Positions 38,008-48,099 of a stretch of 64,000 nt of DNA are shown piece after piece. The stretch comes from an uncultured bacterium (GTDB taxonomy: Bacteria > Fidelibacterota > Marinisomatia > Marinisomatales > Marinisomataceae), in assembly GCA_905182795.1 (NCBI GenBank), contig CAJJCZ010000004.1, positions 68,506-132,505 on the forward strand, in the 5' to 3' direction. A program made the position numbers and the translations under genes. The first letter of the stretch is position 1, and every line of letters begins with the position of its first letter. The notes beneath the pieces were generated by a model. That model searched no databases and was not told the origin of the DNA. It worked only from the letters and a program-made list of their open reading frames with translations.

Positions 38008-38945
38008 TTCAACTTCTTCATATTATCTACAATTTCATAAGGAGACTTAAACTTGATATCTTCTTTATTCAAGCTTTCAATAAACTTTAGCCTATCTTCA
38101 GACCAAAATTCTTTTATAATATCCTTCTCTATAATCTTTCTCATTCTACGAGAAAAACGTGATAATTGGCGATCTTTAATCTGGTCATTGTCTTGCATAG
38201 ATTTATGATAAGAAACAAGTGCTGTTGCAAACTCTTCAATTCCGTCTCCTGATTTACAACTAGTCTTAAAAATAGGTACATTTTTAATATTTTTTTTAGT
38301 GGCAGAAATAATATTATTAATTGATCTAACCAAAAGATTTGCATCTTTTCTGTCTGACTTATTCACTACAAATACATCTGCTAACTCTAGTATGCCAGCT
38401 TTCAATAATTGAATTTCATCTCCAGACTCAGGAACAAATACTAGCGTAGTTAAATCTGTAATTTCAGATACACTATACTCTGATTGTCCTACGCCTACTG
38501 TTTCAATAAAGATGATATCTTTACCGCTAAAAGCTAGAATATCGCTAAAATCTTCTGCTAAATCTGTAACACCTCCAAGTTCAGCTCTAGATCCCATACT
38601 TCTTACAAAAACCTTATTATCATCAATCGCATTATTAATACGAACTCTATCACCTAAGAAAGAACCACCTGTAATAGGACTAGATGGATCAATGGCGATA
38701 ATACCAACAGATAAGTTTTTTTCTCTTATTTTTGGAATTAACTGGTTCATCAGCGAACTTTTACCTGCCCCAGGAGGACCTGTAATACCTATTTTAATTG
38801 AATTAATAGAGTGCTTAAGAATATGACTTGAAACTTCTCTCCTTGACAAAACTCCCGTCTCAATTCCTGTCATTAAGTCTGAAATTGCTATAAAATTATT
38901 CGCTTGTGCATCTTTTAGAATCTTCTTTAAATTTTTTGAACTCAC
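38004..38945 (-). CDS. meaB: Methylmalonyl-CoA mutase-associated GTPase
   Basis: GPPGAGKSS, DPSSP.TGGSFLGDRVR, ETVGVGQSE, NKSD; GTG start. Confidence 0.92.
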   Translation of the reverse strand: MSSKNLKKILKDAQANNFIAISDLMTGIETGVLSRREVSSHILKHSINSIKIGITGPPGAGKSSLMNQLIPKIREKNLSVGIIAIDPSSPITGGSFLGDRVRINNAIDDNKVFVRSMGSRAELGGVTDLAEDFSDILAFSGKDIIFIETVGVGQSEYSVSEITDLTTLVFVPESGDEIQLLKAGILELADVFVVNKSDRKDANLLVRSINNIISATKKNIKNVPIFKTSCKSGDGIEEFATALVSYHKSMQDNDQIKDRQLSRFSRRMRKIIEKDIIKEFWSEDRLKFIESLNKEDIKFKSPYEIVDNMKKLK

Positions 38946-38997
38946 ATTCTAATTTAATTGCTATAATTTTAAAACAATAATCAAAACTAGAAATTTA

Positions 38998-39026
38998 TTG
39001 ACATCGCATTTTTAATAGAATAAGTT
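38998..39026 (+). promoter_or_regulatory. Putative rpsT promoter
   Basis: Perfect TTGACA-N17-TAAGTT. Confidence 0.7.
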
Positions 39027-39039
39027 GCGTACGCTATTT

Positions 39040-39297
39040 ATGGATAGACATAAACAACAAATTAAACGAGATCGACAAGATTTGAAACGTAGAGCAGTCA
39101 ATGCTCAGAACAAATCTAAGATGAGAACATTGATTAAAAATGTTATGTGTCAAGACGATGCTAAAAAAGCAACAGAGCCTTATGCTAGTGCGATTTCTTT
39201 TATTGATAAGATGGCAAGCAAAAATTTAATTCATAAAAATAACGCTGCTAGACAAAAATCAAGACTTACTAATTATCTGAATTCCTTAAGTGCATAA
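39040..39297 (+). CDS. rpsT: 30S ribosomal protein S20
   Basis: KSKMRTLIK, IDKMASKNLIHKNNAARQKSRL. The track TTG at 39025 falls in the -10 box, so ATG 39040 is preferred. Confidence 0.93.
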   Translation: MDRHKQQIKRDRQDLKRRAVNAQNKSKMRTLIKNVMCQDDAKKATEPYASAISFIDKMASKNLIHKNNAARQKSRLTNYLNSLSA

Positions 39298-39301
39298 ATA
39301 T

Positions 39302-39814
39302 TTATTCAAACTTATCTTTAATAAACTCAGCCCAGCTAGCTAATCTTTCTTCTGTTAATTCTTCTTCATTATCATTATCAATACCTAGACCTAAAAATTT
39401 GTCTCCTTCAAGCGCTTCAGATTCATCAAATTCATATCCTTCTGTAGACCATTTACCTATTAGCTTACCACTGTTTTCCATAAATGGTTTAGCTAGCAAA
39501 CCAACAGCATCTAAATAATTGAAACTATATGATATTTGATCTCCAGCACCAAAAAATGCTCCAGTAATATTGGTAAAGTCTAGCTTGCGATATTCTAGAA
39601 ATACCTCTTCCCAGTCTTCTTGCAATTCACCTACATTCCATGTTGGGCAACCAATAATAAGATTTGAATATTCTAACATTTTAGATAGATCAGTTGATCT
39701 AATATCATATGAGTCTACTTCATAGCCCGCTGCTTCCATATGCTTTTGAATTAACTCAGCAGCTTCTTCTTGATTTCCTGTTGTACTTCCCCAAAACAAA
39801 CCTATTTTTTTCAT
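39302..39814 (-). CDS. fldA: Long-chain flavodoxin
   Basis: GSTTGN, GCPTWNVGELQEDW, FGAGDQ..Y..NYLDAVG, FLGLGIDNDN. Confidence 0.93.
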   Translation of the reverse strand: MKKIGLFWGSTTGNQEEAAELIQKHMEAAGYEVDSYDIRSTDLSKMLEYSNLIIGCPTWNVGELQEDWEEVFLEYRKLDFTNITGAFFGAGDQISYSFNYLDAVGLLAKPFMENSGKLIGKWSTEGYEFDESEALEGDKFLGLGIDNDNEEELTEERLASWAEFIKDKFE

Positions 39815-39873
39815 GATATTGTGGATCTCCCCTAATTATTAGTGGCGTAATTTAAGTATACTTTTATTGATTG

Positions 39874-39902
39874 TTGAGATTAAATCTCAATAATTATCAT
39901 TT
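39874..39902. promoter_or_regulatory. Fur-box-like inverted repeat upstream of flavodoxin
   Basis: Perfect palindrome TTGAGAT-TAA-ATCTCAA (39874-39890), overlapped by AATGATAATTATT on the minus strand. Confidence 0.5.
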
Positions 39903-39921
39903 TTTTTATTTAATAATTATC

Positions 39922-41388
39922 TTATTTATCATGACCTTGATAATTAGGCGCCTCTTTGATGATACTAACTTCATGGGGATGACTTTCTCTGCCAGCTGCT
40001 GCTGATATTTGAATAAACTTTTTATTTTTATAGAATAAAGATAGGTTTTGAGCTCCACAATATCCCATAGATGATTTTAATCCACCAATTAATTGAAATA
40101 TTGTATTATTTACAGGACCCCTAAAAGGGACCATGCCTTCAATGCCTTCAGGCACTAGTTTCAATTCATCTTTTTCTTTTTGGAAGTATCTTTCACCACC
40201 ACCTTCTTTCATAGCAGCTAAAGAACCCATACCTCTATATGATTTATATCTTCTTCCTTCATAAACAATAGTTTCTCCAGGGCTTTCATCCATACCGGCT
40301 AACATACCGCCTAACATTACGACGCTTGCGCCAGCAGCTAATGATTTTGCAATATCGCCACTATAGCGTATTCCACCATCAGCAATAATTGGAATATTAT
40401 ACTTTAAACCAACTTTAGCACAATCAATGACTGCCGAAAGTTGAGGGACTCCTACTCCAGCGACAATTCTTGTTGTACAACTAGATCCTGCACCTATACC
40501 GACTTTAACACAATCAGCTCCTGCTTTAATTAAATCTTCGGTTGCTTCGGCTGTAGCAACATTACCAGCTATTAAATCTAACTTAGGAAATGCTTTTTTA
40601 ATCTTTTTGACTAAGTCTAAAACATACTGTGAATGACCATGTGCGGTGTCTACCACAACTGCATCAACACCAACAGAGTCAAGTGCACTAATTCTATCCG
40701 CCCAGTCATCTCTGACGCTTACCGCTGCTGCAACTCTTAATCTTCCATTTTTATCTTTTGAAGAATTAGGAAATTCTTCTTTCTTGATCAAATCTTTTAC
40801 TGTAATTAAACCCGCTAGATTGTCTTTATCGTCTACTACTAACAATCTTTCTATTCTATGTTTCTGCAATATTTTTTTTGCTTCTTCATTAGTAGTATTC
40901 GATTTAACGGTCACTAAATTTTTTGATGTCATTCTATCTTTCACCAGTACATTTAAATCTGATTCAAATCTGATATCTCTTTTCGTAATAATACCTACTA
41001 ATTTTCCTTTTGCTAATACTGGCAAACCACCAATTGAATACTGTTCCATTAATTGCTTTGCATCTCCAACTGGCTTACTTTGATCTAGAGTAATAGGATT
41101 TTTAATCATTCCACTCTCATAGCGTTTCACCTTATCTACCATTAGAGCTTGTTGCTCTATACTCATGTTTTTATGAATAACACCAATTCCTCCCTGCCTT
41201 GCAAGAGCAATGGCCATATCAGACTCTGTTACAGTATCCATAGCTGCACTCATTACAGGTATATTTAATTTTATATTTTTTGTAAGAAAAGTAGAGCAAT
41301 CAACTTCTTTAGGTAGTACAGATGATTTCTGAGGCACCAAAAGCACATCGTCAAATGTTAATGTTTTTTGAATAGTATTTTTAGACAT
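39922..41388 (-). CDS. guaB: IMP dehydrogenase
   Basis: [12 protein letters not shown] pair, [26 protein letters not shown]. Confidence 0.98.
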   Translation of the reverse strand: MSKNTIQKTLTFDDVLLVPQKSSVLPKEVDCSTFLTKNIKLNIPVMSAAMDTVTESDMAIALARQGGIGVIHKNMSIEQQALMVDKVKRYESGMIKNPITLDQSKPVGDAKQLMEQYSIGGLPVLAKGKLVGIITKRDIRFESDLNVLVKDRMTSKNLVTVKSNTTNEEAKKILQKHRIERLLVVDDKDNLAGLITVKDLIKKEEFPNSSKDKNGRLRVAAAVSVRDDWADRISALDSVGVDAVVVDTAHGHSQYVLDLVKKIKKAFPKLDLIAGNVATAEATEDLIKAGADCVKVGIGAGSSCTTRIVAGVGVPQLSAVIDCAKVGLKYNIPIIADGGIRYSGDIAKSLAAGASVVMLGGMLAGMDESPGETIVYEGRRYKSYRGMGSLAAMKEGGGERYFQKEKDELKLVPEGIEGMVPFRGPVNNTIFQLIGGLKSSMGYCGAQNLSLFYKNKKFIQISAAAGRESHPHEVSIIKEAPNYQGHDK

Positions 41389-41508
41389 AAAAAGCTCCGA
41401 GCGTAAGGGTTGGAATGGTTAGTGTGATAAAACTCTTAAGATAAAAAGTTTTTATTAAGGTTAACATTGAACAATTTAATACAAAAGATAAGAAAATCCA
41501 GCAGATTA

Positions 41509-42285
41509 TTAATCGCTATCAAATTTTAACCAATTATACTTTTTATTGGTTGTGAAGTAATAGTAAGAATAAAAAAATATAAAATATCCTAGACCTAGAA
41601 CTCCAAACCATAACTCTTTAGTGGACAAGAATATAAATAGAATAAATGGTAAATATTTTTGAGCATAATAAAGATACTCTTTTGACTTAAATAACAATGT
41701 AGTAATCAAGAACGGTAGATATACCATCGAACTAGTAGATAAAATTGGTTCATCTTGATATATAGATAGTATTAATGCGATAAGGGTTAGCAATAAGGAT
41801 AAAAACTTGCTACGCATACTATCTGAACGATATAATGAATATAGTACTAGCAATAACAAGCATAATCCAATCATCATCTTTCCAAAAATTAAAATACCGA
41901 TAAAAGAATAGAGTGATAAAAATAGTAAAAAATTTGTTTGGAAATCTATTTTTACGCTACGAAATGGTCCAAAAGACTCAAATTTATTCATTAGCCATAA
42001 AAATAGAATAGACTGGAATAGGATATTTATGACACTAATCCAGTCTTGAGAAATCATTGAGAATATATAGTACCTATCCAAATCACTTCCTATCACTATA
42101 TCGTAAAAAATGCTATTATTGAAGATTGTGTCATAAGATTTGATTAAATAGTGTTGAAAAGCAAGCATAATCCACATCGGAAAGAATATTTCTAATCGAT
42201 CGATTATATCTACATCAATTCTTTGAAAAAGATTCTGAATATGCTTATATCGAGAAGATTCAGAAGGAAAAAATCTTTTAAGCAT
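41509..42285 (-). CDS. Hypothetical multi-pass membrane protein
   Basis: 258-aa ORF with several hydrophobic helices, in operon context; no family recognised. Confidence 0.65.
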   Translation of the reverse strand: MLKRFFPSESSRYKHIQNLFQRIDVDIIDRLEIFFPMWIMLAFQHYLIKSYDTIFNNSIFYDIVIGSDLDRYYIFSMISQDWISVINILFQSILFLWLMNKFESFGPFRSVKIDFQTNFLLFLSLYSFIGILIFGKMMIGLCLLLLVLYSLYRSDSMRSKFLSLLLTLIALILSIYQDEPILSTSSMVYLPFLITTLLFKSKEYLYYAQKYLPFILFIFLSTKELWFGVLGLGYFIFFYSYYYFTTNKKYNWLKFDSD

Positions 42286-42290
42286 TTAGC

Positions 42291-43676
42291 TTAAATCCAT
42301 CCCAATACATATAAGAATACAAGAAAAATAAGTACCGGACTCAAATATCTAATTAAGAAAGAAAATACGCTCTTAAAAGAAGAAGATTTGAATATTGAAT
42401 TTCCGAAATATACTGATCCAGAATCTCCTATTAATAAATTTCTAACAACTTCATCTATACCCCATACATATCCTGCAAAAATAGCAAGAAAGAATCCACC
42501 AAGAGGCAATAAGACATTAGAGGCAAGGAAGTCTGCCGCATCAAAAAAAGTAAGGCCTGTACCTAATAATGTCACATCTGACCATAAATTAAAAGATAAT
42601 GCACATGGAATAGCAGCAAGATACACTAGCATTCCCATCGTTAAAGTTGCTTTTTTCCTAGAATATTTTAATTCATCTACTAGGTAAGCAACACTAACCT
42701 CTAAAATTGAGATTCCAGATGTAACTGCAGCTATTGTAAGTAGTAAAAAGAATAACAATGCAAAAATATAACCCCCTACCAATTGTGCAAGCAATGGTGG
42801 TAATACATGAAAGACTAAGCCAGGTCCTGCAGCAGGATCGTAGCCCGATGAAAATACCACTGTAAATATAGCAACTCCTGCTAATATAGCAATGACAGTA
42901 TCAAGAAAAGCAACCATATATGAGGCATTCACTACGTCGTCTTTTTCAGACAAGTAACTACCATAAGTCATCATTGCACCCATACCTAAACTTAGCGTAA
43001 AGAAAGCATGTCCTAACGCAAGTAGAAAAGTTTGTGGATTAATCTTTGACCAATCTGGAGAAAAAAGAAATGATACACCTCCATCTGCACCAGGCAACAT
43101 CAATCCTTGTACTACTAAAATCATTAAAATTCCAAATAAAACTGGCATTAAAAATTTACTCGCTTTCTCTAAGCCTGCTCTCACTCCAGATAAAATAATA
43201 CCAACAATCATCAAAAAGAAAACTGTATGCCAACCAATAACCCACATAGGGCTGCTATTTTTTAAATTAAAGAAATCTGCAGCCATCTGAGGATTATCAA
43301 AAGAAGAGAATGTTCCCTTTAATGCTTCGAATGTATAAGCAACTGACCAACCACCAACAATACTATAAAAAGATAAAATTGTAAAACTAGCAAAGACACC
43401 TAATGCACCTACATACTTCCAAAAAGGCTTGTCTGTTAACGTCTTAAATGCACCTACGGGATTTTTTTGTGTTGCTCTTCCTAAAAGAATCTCAATATTT
43501 AATATTGGTAGACCAACCAATACAATACAGATAAGATAAATAAACAGAAAAGCTGCTCCACCATTTTCACCTGCTATATATGGAAATTTCCAAATATTTC
43601 CCAGACCTACTGCTGAACCAGCAGCAGCTAAAATGAAACTTGCTTTTGAACTCCATTGTTCTCTGTTATTACTCAT
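42291..43676 (-). CDS. Neurotransmitter:sodium symporter (NSS) family transporter
   Basis: REQW, GSAVGLGNIWKFPY, GGAAF, FFTLSLGMG. Start refined to ATG 43676 (track gives 43736). Confidence 0.93.
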   Translation of the reverse strand: MSNNREQWSSKASFILAAAGSAVGLGNIWKFPYIAGENGGAAFLFIYLICIVLVGLPILNIEILLGRATQKNPVGAFKTLTDKPFWKYVGALGVFASFTILSFYSIVGGWSVAYTFEALKGTFSSFDNPQMAADFFNLKNSSPMWVIGWHTVFFLMIVGIILSGVRAGLEKASKFLMPVLFGILMILVVQGLMLPGADGGVSFLFSPDWSKINPQTFLLALGHAFFTLSLGMGAMMTYGSYLSEKDDVVNASYMVAFLDTVIAILAGVAIFTVVFSSGYDPAAGPGLVFHVLPPLLAQLVGGYIFALLFFLLLTIAAVTSGISILEVSVAYLVDELKYSRKKATLTMGMLVYLAAIPCALSFNLWSDVTLLGTGLTFFDAADFLASNVLLPLGGFFLAIFAGYVWGIDEVVRNLLIGDSGSVYFGNSIFKSSSFKSVFSFLIRYLSPVLIFLVFLYVLGWI

Positions 43677-44103
43677 TTTTTTCCTTAGTGTTGTTTGAGG
43701 GATCACTTTCTTTAACAATCTCATCAAAGTTATCAAGATGCGCCTCTACTACTGCATCAAGGACGCTATAAAAATATAAACCAATTGCAATCCATGCAAA
43801 ACGATTTCTTTCTCTTAAATAATAATCTTTAGAATTTGCATAAGAATCTTCATAATTATTATATTTTTTTCTATTCTCATTAAAACTCCACAATGCTAAA
43901 ACTTCACCAGCCATTAATGCATAGCCTTTAATTTTTTGATCATTATAAAGCTGTCCAGATCCTGGAATTGTCAACGATCGTTTCAAAGCAATTTTAGGAT
44001 CTTTTAACTGCTCTTCTTCCGTACGAAAATCTACTTTTTGTTGAGACAAAAGATTTGAAAAAATAATAGCACTAAAAACGAATATTTTTATTAACCTAAA
44101 CAT
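43669..44103 (-). CDS. DUF5683-like protein
   Basis: ALKRSLTIPGSGQLYN...K and SVLDAVVEAHL. Confidence 0.7.
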   Translation of the reverse strand: MFRLIKIFVFSAIIFSNLLSQQKVDFRTEEEQLKDPKIALKRSLTIPGSGQLYNDQKIKGYALMAGEVLALWSFNENRKKYNNYEDSYANSKDYYLRERNRFAWIAIGLYFYSVLDAVVEAHLDNFDEIVKESDPSNNTKEKNE

Positions 44104-44465
44104 TCAATTTCTACTCTTGCTCCCATTGGTAAGCCTGCTACCTGAATTGTAGAACGTGCTGGATATTCTCCTTTGATTCTTTTCTCAATTTGAGCATTTA
44201 CTAATGGGGTATAACTCAAGTCCATTAAAAATACAGTAAATTTTTTTACATCTTCTAAAGTTTTATTATTATCAGCAAGTACAGCTTCAATGTTATCAAA
44301 TACTTGATTGACTTCATCTTCAACTGTATCATTATTTAATTGTCCAGATGAAGGATCTATAGGAATTGATCCTGCCATAACCCAGTTACCAATGGGAGCA
44401 AGAGTAGACAAATATCTAAACATTGAATATGGTCCAACGGGGGTAGGTGCTTTTAAATTAGTCAT
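44091..44465 (-). CDS. RidA/YjgF family deaminase
   Basis: APTPVGPYS, PARSTIQVAGLPMGARVEIE. Confidence 0.9.
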   Translation of the reverse strand: MTNLKAPTPVGPYSMFRYLSTLAPIGNWVMAGSIPIDPSSGQLNNDTVEDEVNQVFDNIEAVLADNNKTLEDVKKFTVFLMDLSYTPLVNAQIEKRIKGEYPARSTIQVAGLPMGARVEIECLG

Positions 44466-44477
44466 TATTATATCCTT

Positions 44478-44906
44478 TTAAATTTTACAAAGACTTAGTG
44501 TAGCTAATCCAATATCTTCATTAAGTACTCTGTGTGTTTTATCTTTAAAATCATGTATTATAAACTCTCCTACTGCAGCTACTTCCATTTCAAAAAGATG
44601 TCCTCCTGAAACCTCCATATCATGATTACCTAAAGTAATATGAGCATGTATAAAAGGCTCGTCATCTTTAATTGCTACATTACCTTGAAATGAAAGCAAT
44701 TCAAGTATTGAATCAAAAATCTTATGAATATATTCTTTTGAAGTAATATTATATGCTCCGATATCAACATTCTTAACTGCTCCTATTCCAGAAAGCTGAC
44801 CCGAAGTAATATTACGATCAATACAAAATTGAGTAAGTGTGTCCATCACTTTTTCACCCTTCTCTACGTGTACTATGTACGAATTATCAATTTTTTGAAA
44901 TTGCAT
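44478..44906 (-). CDS. PPC-domain (DUF296) protein
   Basis: SGIGAV, ELLSFQGN, HAHITLG, GGHL. Confidence 0.9.
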   Translation of the reverse strand: MQFQKIDNSYIVHVEKGEKVMDTLTQFCIDRNITSGQLSGIGAVKNVDIGAYNITSKEYIHKIFDSILELLSFQGNVAIKDDEPFIHAHITLGNHDMEVSGGHLFEMEVAAVGEFIIHDFKDKTHRVLNEDIGLATLSLCKI

Positions 44907-47443
44907 TATAATTTCTCCATTTCAGATGTTATGAGTTCTTTAATTTTGTTTTTAATATCGGTTAAAGAGAAGTCTGTAGATGCTCCAGCTGTAGCAAAAT
45001 CATCCTTACCTCCACCCCCACCATCTAGCTCTTTTCCAATAAGTTGTGCCAAAGAAGATGCAGATACAGATTTTTTAATCAAATCTTTTGATACGCTAAT
45101 CGAAACCGTCGGTTTTTCATTAATTATTGCTGAGAAAATTGCAATACCTGAATGAAATGCTGTATTTAATTTTGTATTTAATTTTTTCAAATCATTCTTA
45201 GAACCTAAAGTGACTTCTTCATTTATAAATGGAATATTATTGATATGTTTTTGATTTTCAATCATTTTTTCAATATCAATAACATCTAACATGTTTAATT
45301 GATTCTTCTTATCAATTTCTCTTTTTTCAGATGCTTCTTCTAGACGATTAATGACATCCAATCGATCCTGAAGATGAACTTCAACATGTTCTCCGGTAAG
45401 AGCATGTATTCTTCTAACTCCGGATGCAATAGCTTTCTCATTCTTTATAATAAAATTATTGATTTCTCCTGTTGATGCAACATGCGTACCTCCGCATAGT
45501 TCTTTTGAAAAAGAATCCATAGTTACTACCCTTACTCTTTCTCCATATTTCTCTCCAAACAAAGCAGTGGCACCTTCTTTTTTTGCATCTTCTAAGCTTT
45601 TTATATTTGTTTCTACGGATATATTTTCAGCAATTTTATCATTCACAAGTAATTCAATTGCATCGATATCTTTTTGATCAATTTTAGAAAGGTGGGTAAT
45701 ATCCAATCGTAGGTAGTCTGGATGCACCAAAGAACCTGCTTGATTGATATGATCACCTAGAATATCTTTAAGAGCTTGATGTAGCAAATGTGTTGCTGAA
45801 TGATTGATTTTGATATTTTTTCTTCTCATTGAATCTATTTTACAAGATACATCCATATCTGTTGATATATCTCCTTTTGTCAGATTGCATATATGAATAA
45901 TAAAATCTCCATTCTTTTGCGTATCTACTACTTGAGCAGAAAAATCTTTATTCTTAATAATTCCAATATCTCCAATTTGACCACCTGATTCAGCATAAAA
46001 TGGAGTGTTATCTAATACGATATATACTTTATTATCAACGTCAGCCCAATTTACTATTTTGCTAGAGCTATTTTCTTCGCTATATCCAATAAAATTTGAA
46101 TGCGGCAAATCGTTGCTTAGCTTCCATTTAATATCTGTGCTATCCATAATAAATTTTTGACTCTTCTTAGCAAGCTCTTTTTGTTTTTTCATTTCGCTTT
46201 CAAAGCCTTTTTTATCTACCGTCTTTCCTTTTTCAGAAGCCATTAATTCTGTTAAATCCAAAGGAAATCCATAGGTGTCATATAGCTTAAAGGCATCAGA
46301 ACCATTAATATTATCAGAAGAAGAATTTTTGATTATTTTTTCAAATTGAATAATTCCTTTTTCTAGGGTAGCCAAAAAAGATTCTTCTTCGTTAAAAATA
46401 GTCTGCTCTACATGCTTTTGTTTATCTTTTAACTCTGGATAAGCATCTGACATTGTAGAAACAACCGATTGAACTAATTTATATAAAATTGGCTCTTTAC
46501 TGTTGAGATTCATTGCAAATCTTGAACCCCTCCTAAGAACTCTTCTTACAACATAACCTCTGCCTTCGTTTGATGGCAAAACTCCATCTGCTATTGCAAA
46601 TGATAACATCCTAATATGATCGCATATCACATGATATGAAACTTCATTATCTTTATAACTTGTCTTAGATATTCTTTCTAAGTCAGATATAGTTTCTGCA
46701 AATAAATCAGTTTTATAATTTGAATTTTTATTTTGTAGTACCGAGCAAATTCTTTCAAGTCCAGCTCCAGTATCTACATGTTTTTTTGGTAAATCTTCAA
46801 AGGTTCCATCTTTTAAACGATTACTCTGTATAAATACTAAATTCCATAATTCCCAATATTCATCAGAATTATTTACATGCTTAGATTGTTGATTGCCTGG
46901 ATCATCTCCGATATAATAGTGAATTTCAGAGCATGGACCACAAGGACCTGTTTCTGCCATTTCCCAGAAATTATCTTTTGCGCCAGATCTTACAATACGA
47001 CTCTTATCAATATCTGTTGTTTTTTCCCATAATTCATAAGCTTCATCATCATCTTCAAATACCGTAACCCAAAGACGTGATTTATCCAACTTCCAAACAT
47101 CAGTAAGTAGCTCCCATGACCATTGAATAGCTTCTTCCTTATAATAATCTCCAAAAGACCAGTTACCAAGCATTTCAAAGAATGTATGGTGAAAGCCATC
47201 TCTTCCTACCTCTTCTAGATCGTTATGCTTTCCACTTACTCTAATACATTTTTGACTATTTACTACTCGCAAATGCTTTGGTTTTTCTGTATCTAGAAAA
47301 ATTGGTTTGAATTGATTCATTCCAGCATTTGTGAACAGAAGTGACTTATCACCGTAAGGCAATACAGGGGCACTGGAAATTTTATGGTGGTTTTTACCCT
47401 CAAAAAATTTAATAAACGATTCTCTAATTTCTTTGCTTTTCAT
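44906..47443 (-). CDS. alaS: Alanine--tRNA ligase
   Basis: TNAGMNQFK, HHTFFEMLGNWSFGDY, HSATHLLH, ELCGGTHV, GGGGK. Confidence 0.98.
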   Translation of the reverse strand: MKSKEIRESFIKFFEGKNHHKISSAPVLPYGDKSLLFTNAGMNQFKPIFLDTEKPKHLRVVNSQKCIRVSGKHNDLEEVGRDGFHHTFFEMLGNWSFGDYYKEEAIQWSWELLTDVWKLDKSRLWVTVFEDDDEAYELWEKTTDIDKSRIVRSGAKDNFWEMAETGPCGPCSEIHYYIGDDPGNQQSKHVNNSDEYWELWNLVFIQSNRLKDGTFEDLPKKHVDTGAGLERICSVLQNKNSNYKTDLFAETISDLERISKTSYKDNEVSYHVICDHIRMLSFAIADGVLPSNEGRGYVVRRVLRRGSRFAMNLNSKEPILYKLVQSVVSTMSDAYPELKDKQKHVEQTIFNEEESFLATLEKGIIQFEKIIKNSSSDNINGSDAFKLYDTYGFPLDLTELMASEKGKTVDKKGFESEMKKQKELAKKSQKFIMDSTDIKWKLSNDLPHSNFIGYSEENSSSKIVNWADVDNKVYIVLDNTPFYAESGGQIGDIGIIKNKDFSAQVVDTQKNGDFIIHICNLTKGDISTDMDVSCKIDSMRRKNIKINHSATHLLHQALKDILGDHINQAGSLVHPDYLRLDITHLSKIDQKDIDAIELLVNDKIAENISVETNIKSLEDAKKEGATALFGEKYGERVRVVTMDSFSKELCGGTHVASTGEINNFIIKNEKAIASGVRRIHALTGEHVEVHLQDRLDVINRLEEASEKREIDKKNQLNMLDVIDIEKMIENQKHINNIPFINEEVTLGSKNDLKKLNTKLNTAFHSGIAIFSAIINEKPTVSISVSKDLIKKSVSASSLAQLIGKELDGGGGGKDDFATAGASTDFSLTDIKNKIKELITSEMEKL

Positions 47444-47454
47444 CGATAAAGTGT

Positions 47455-47483
47455 TTCATATGAATCTAAACAAATAATATATT
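47455..47483 (+). promoter_or_regulatory. Putative promoter giving a leaderless transcript
   Basis: TTCATA-N17-TATATT then 6 nt to ATG 47490. Confidence 0.45.
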
Positions 47484-47489
47484 CATTAG

Positions 47490-48098
47490 ATGAAAAATAA
47501 TCTAATAATAACTGCTTTATTTCTATTTTTTTCTTGTTTTACTTTTGGACAAGAAAACACAATCAATAATATTGAAATCGATTCTAGAGAAAATGGAACC
47601 TTAATTAAGATAGGTGGTACTAAAAAAATTAACTTAAAAGATGTAACCGCTTGGTACTCATCAGAATGGTTTTATCTTACAATATATAACGCACAAGCTG
47701 ACAGTACAAAATTAGTAAATCAAAGCTCTAATGAAGGCGTTGCTAAGATTGAAATAGCAAATAATGAAGAATCTACTCAAGTAGCTTTAAAACTAAGAAA
47801 AGAAATTGAATCTTTTGAAATCACAAATCCTACAAGAAAAAATATCTCATTTCTTTTAAGACTATCTCAAGAAGAAGCTAAAAAAAGTATTGCGATGGAT
47901 AAAAATATACAAGAATTCTCTGAAGAAAATAGTAAACCAATTAAGGCTAAAAAATCCAGAAATAAAAATTTATCTCAAACAACTGATAGGACTTTAGAAC
48001 TGTCTATGTTGGGAGTAATTGTTGCTATTAGCGATATTGCTAATCCAAGCACTTTTCTTGTCGGAGCAATGATTGCATTATCTACTATATTTTTTTAA
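47490..48098 (+). CDS. Hypothetical exported protein (possible AMIN-like domain, C-terminal hydrophobic tail)
   Basis: Signal peptide; beta-rich N-terminal domain resembling AMIN repeats; tentative. Confidence 0.55.
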   Translation: MKNNLIITALFLFFSCFTFGQENTINNIEIDSRENGTLIKIGGTKKINLKDVTAWYSSEWFYLTIYNAQADSTKLVNQSSNEGVAKIEIANNEESTQVALKLRKEIESFEITNPTRKNISFLLRLSQEEAKKSIAMDKNIQEFSEENSKPIKAKKSRNKNLSQTTDRTLELSMLGVIVAISDIANPSTFLVGAMIALSTIFF

Positions 48099-48099
48099 T

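Noticed and set aside
41389-41460. GC-richer guaB 5' UTR (CCATTCCAACCCTTACGCTCGGAG) as a riboswitch
   Set aside because: No purine, ZTP or ykkC-type consensus recognised; only weak pairing near the SD.
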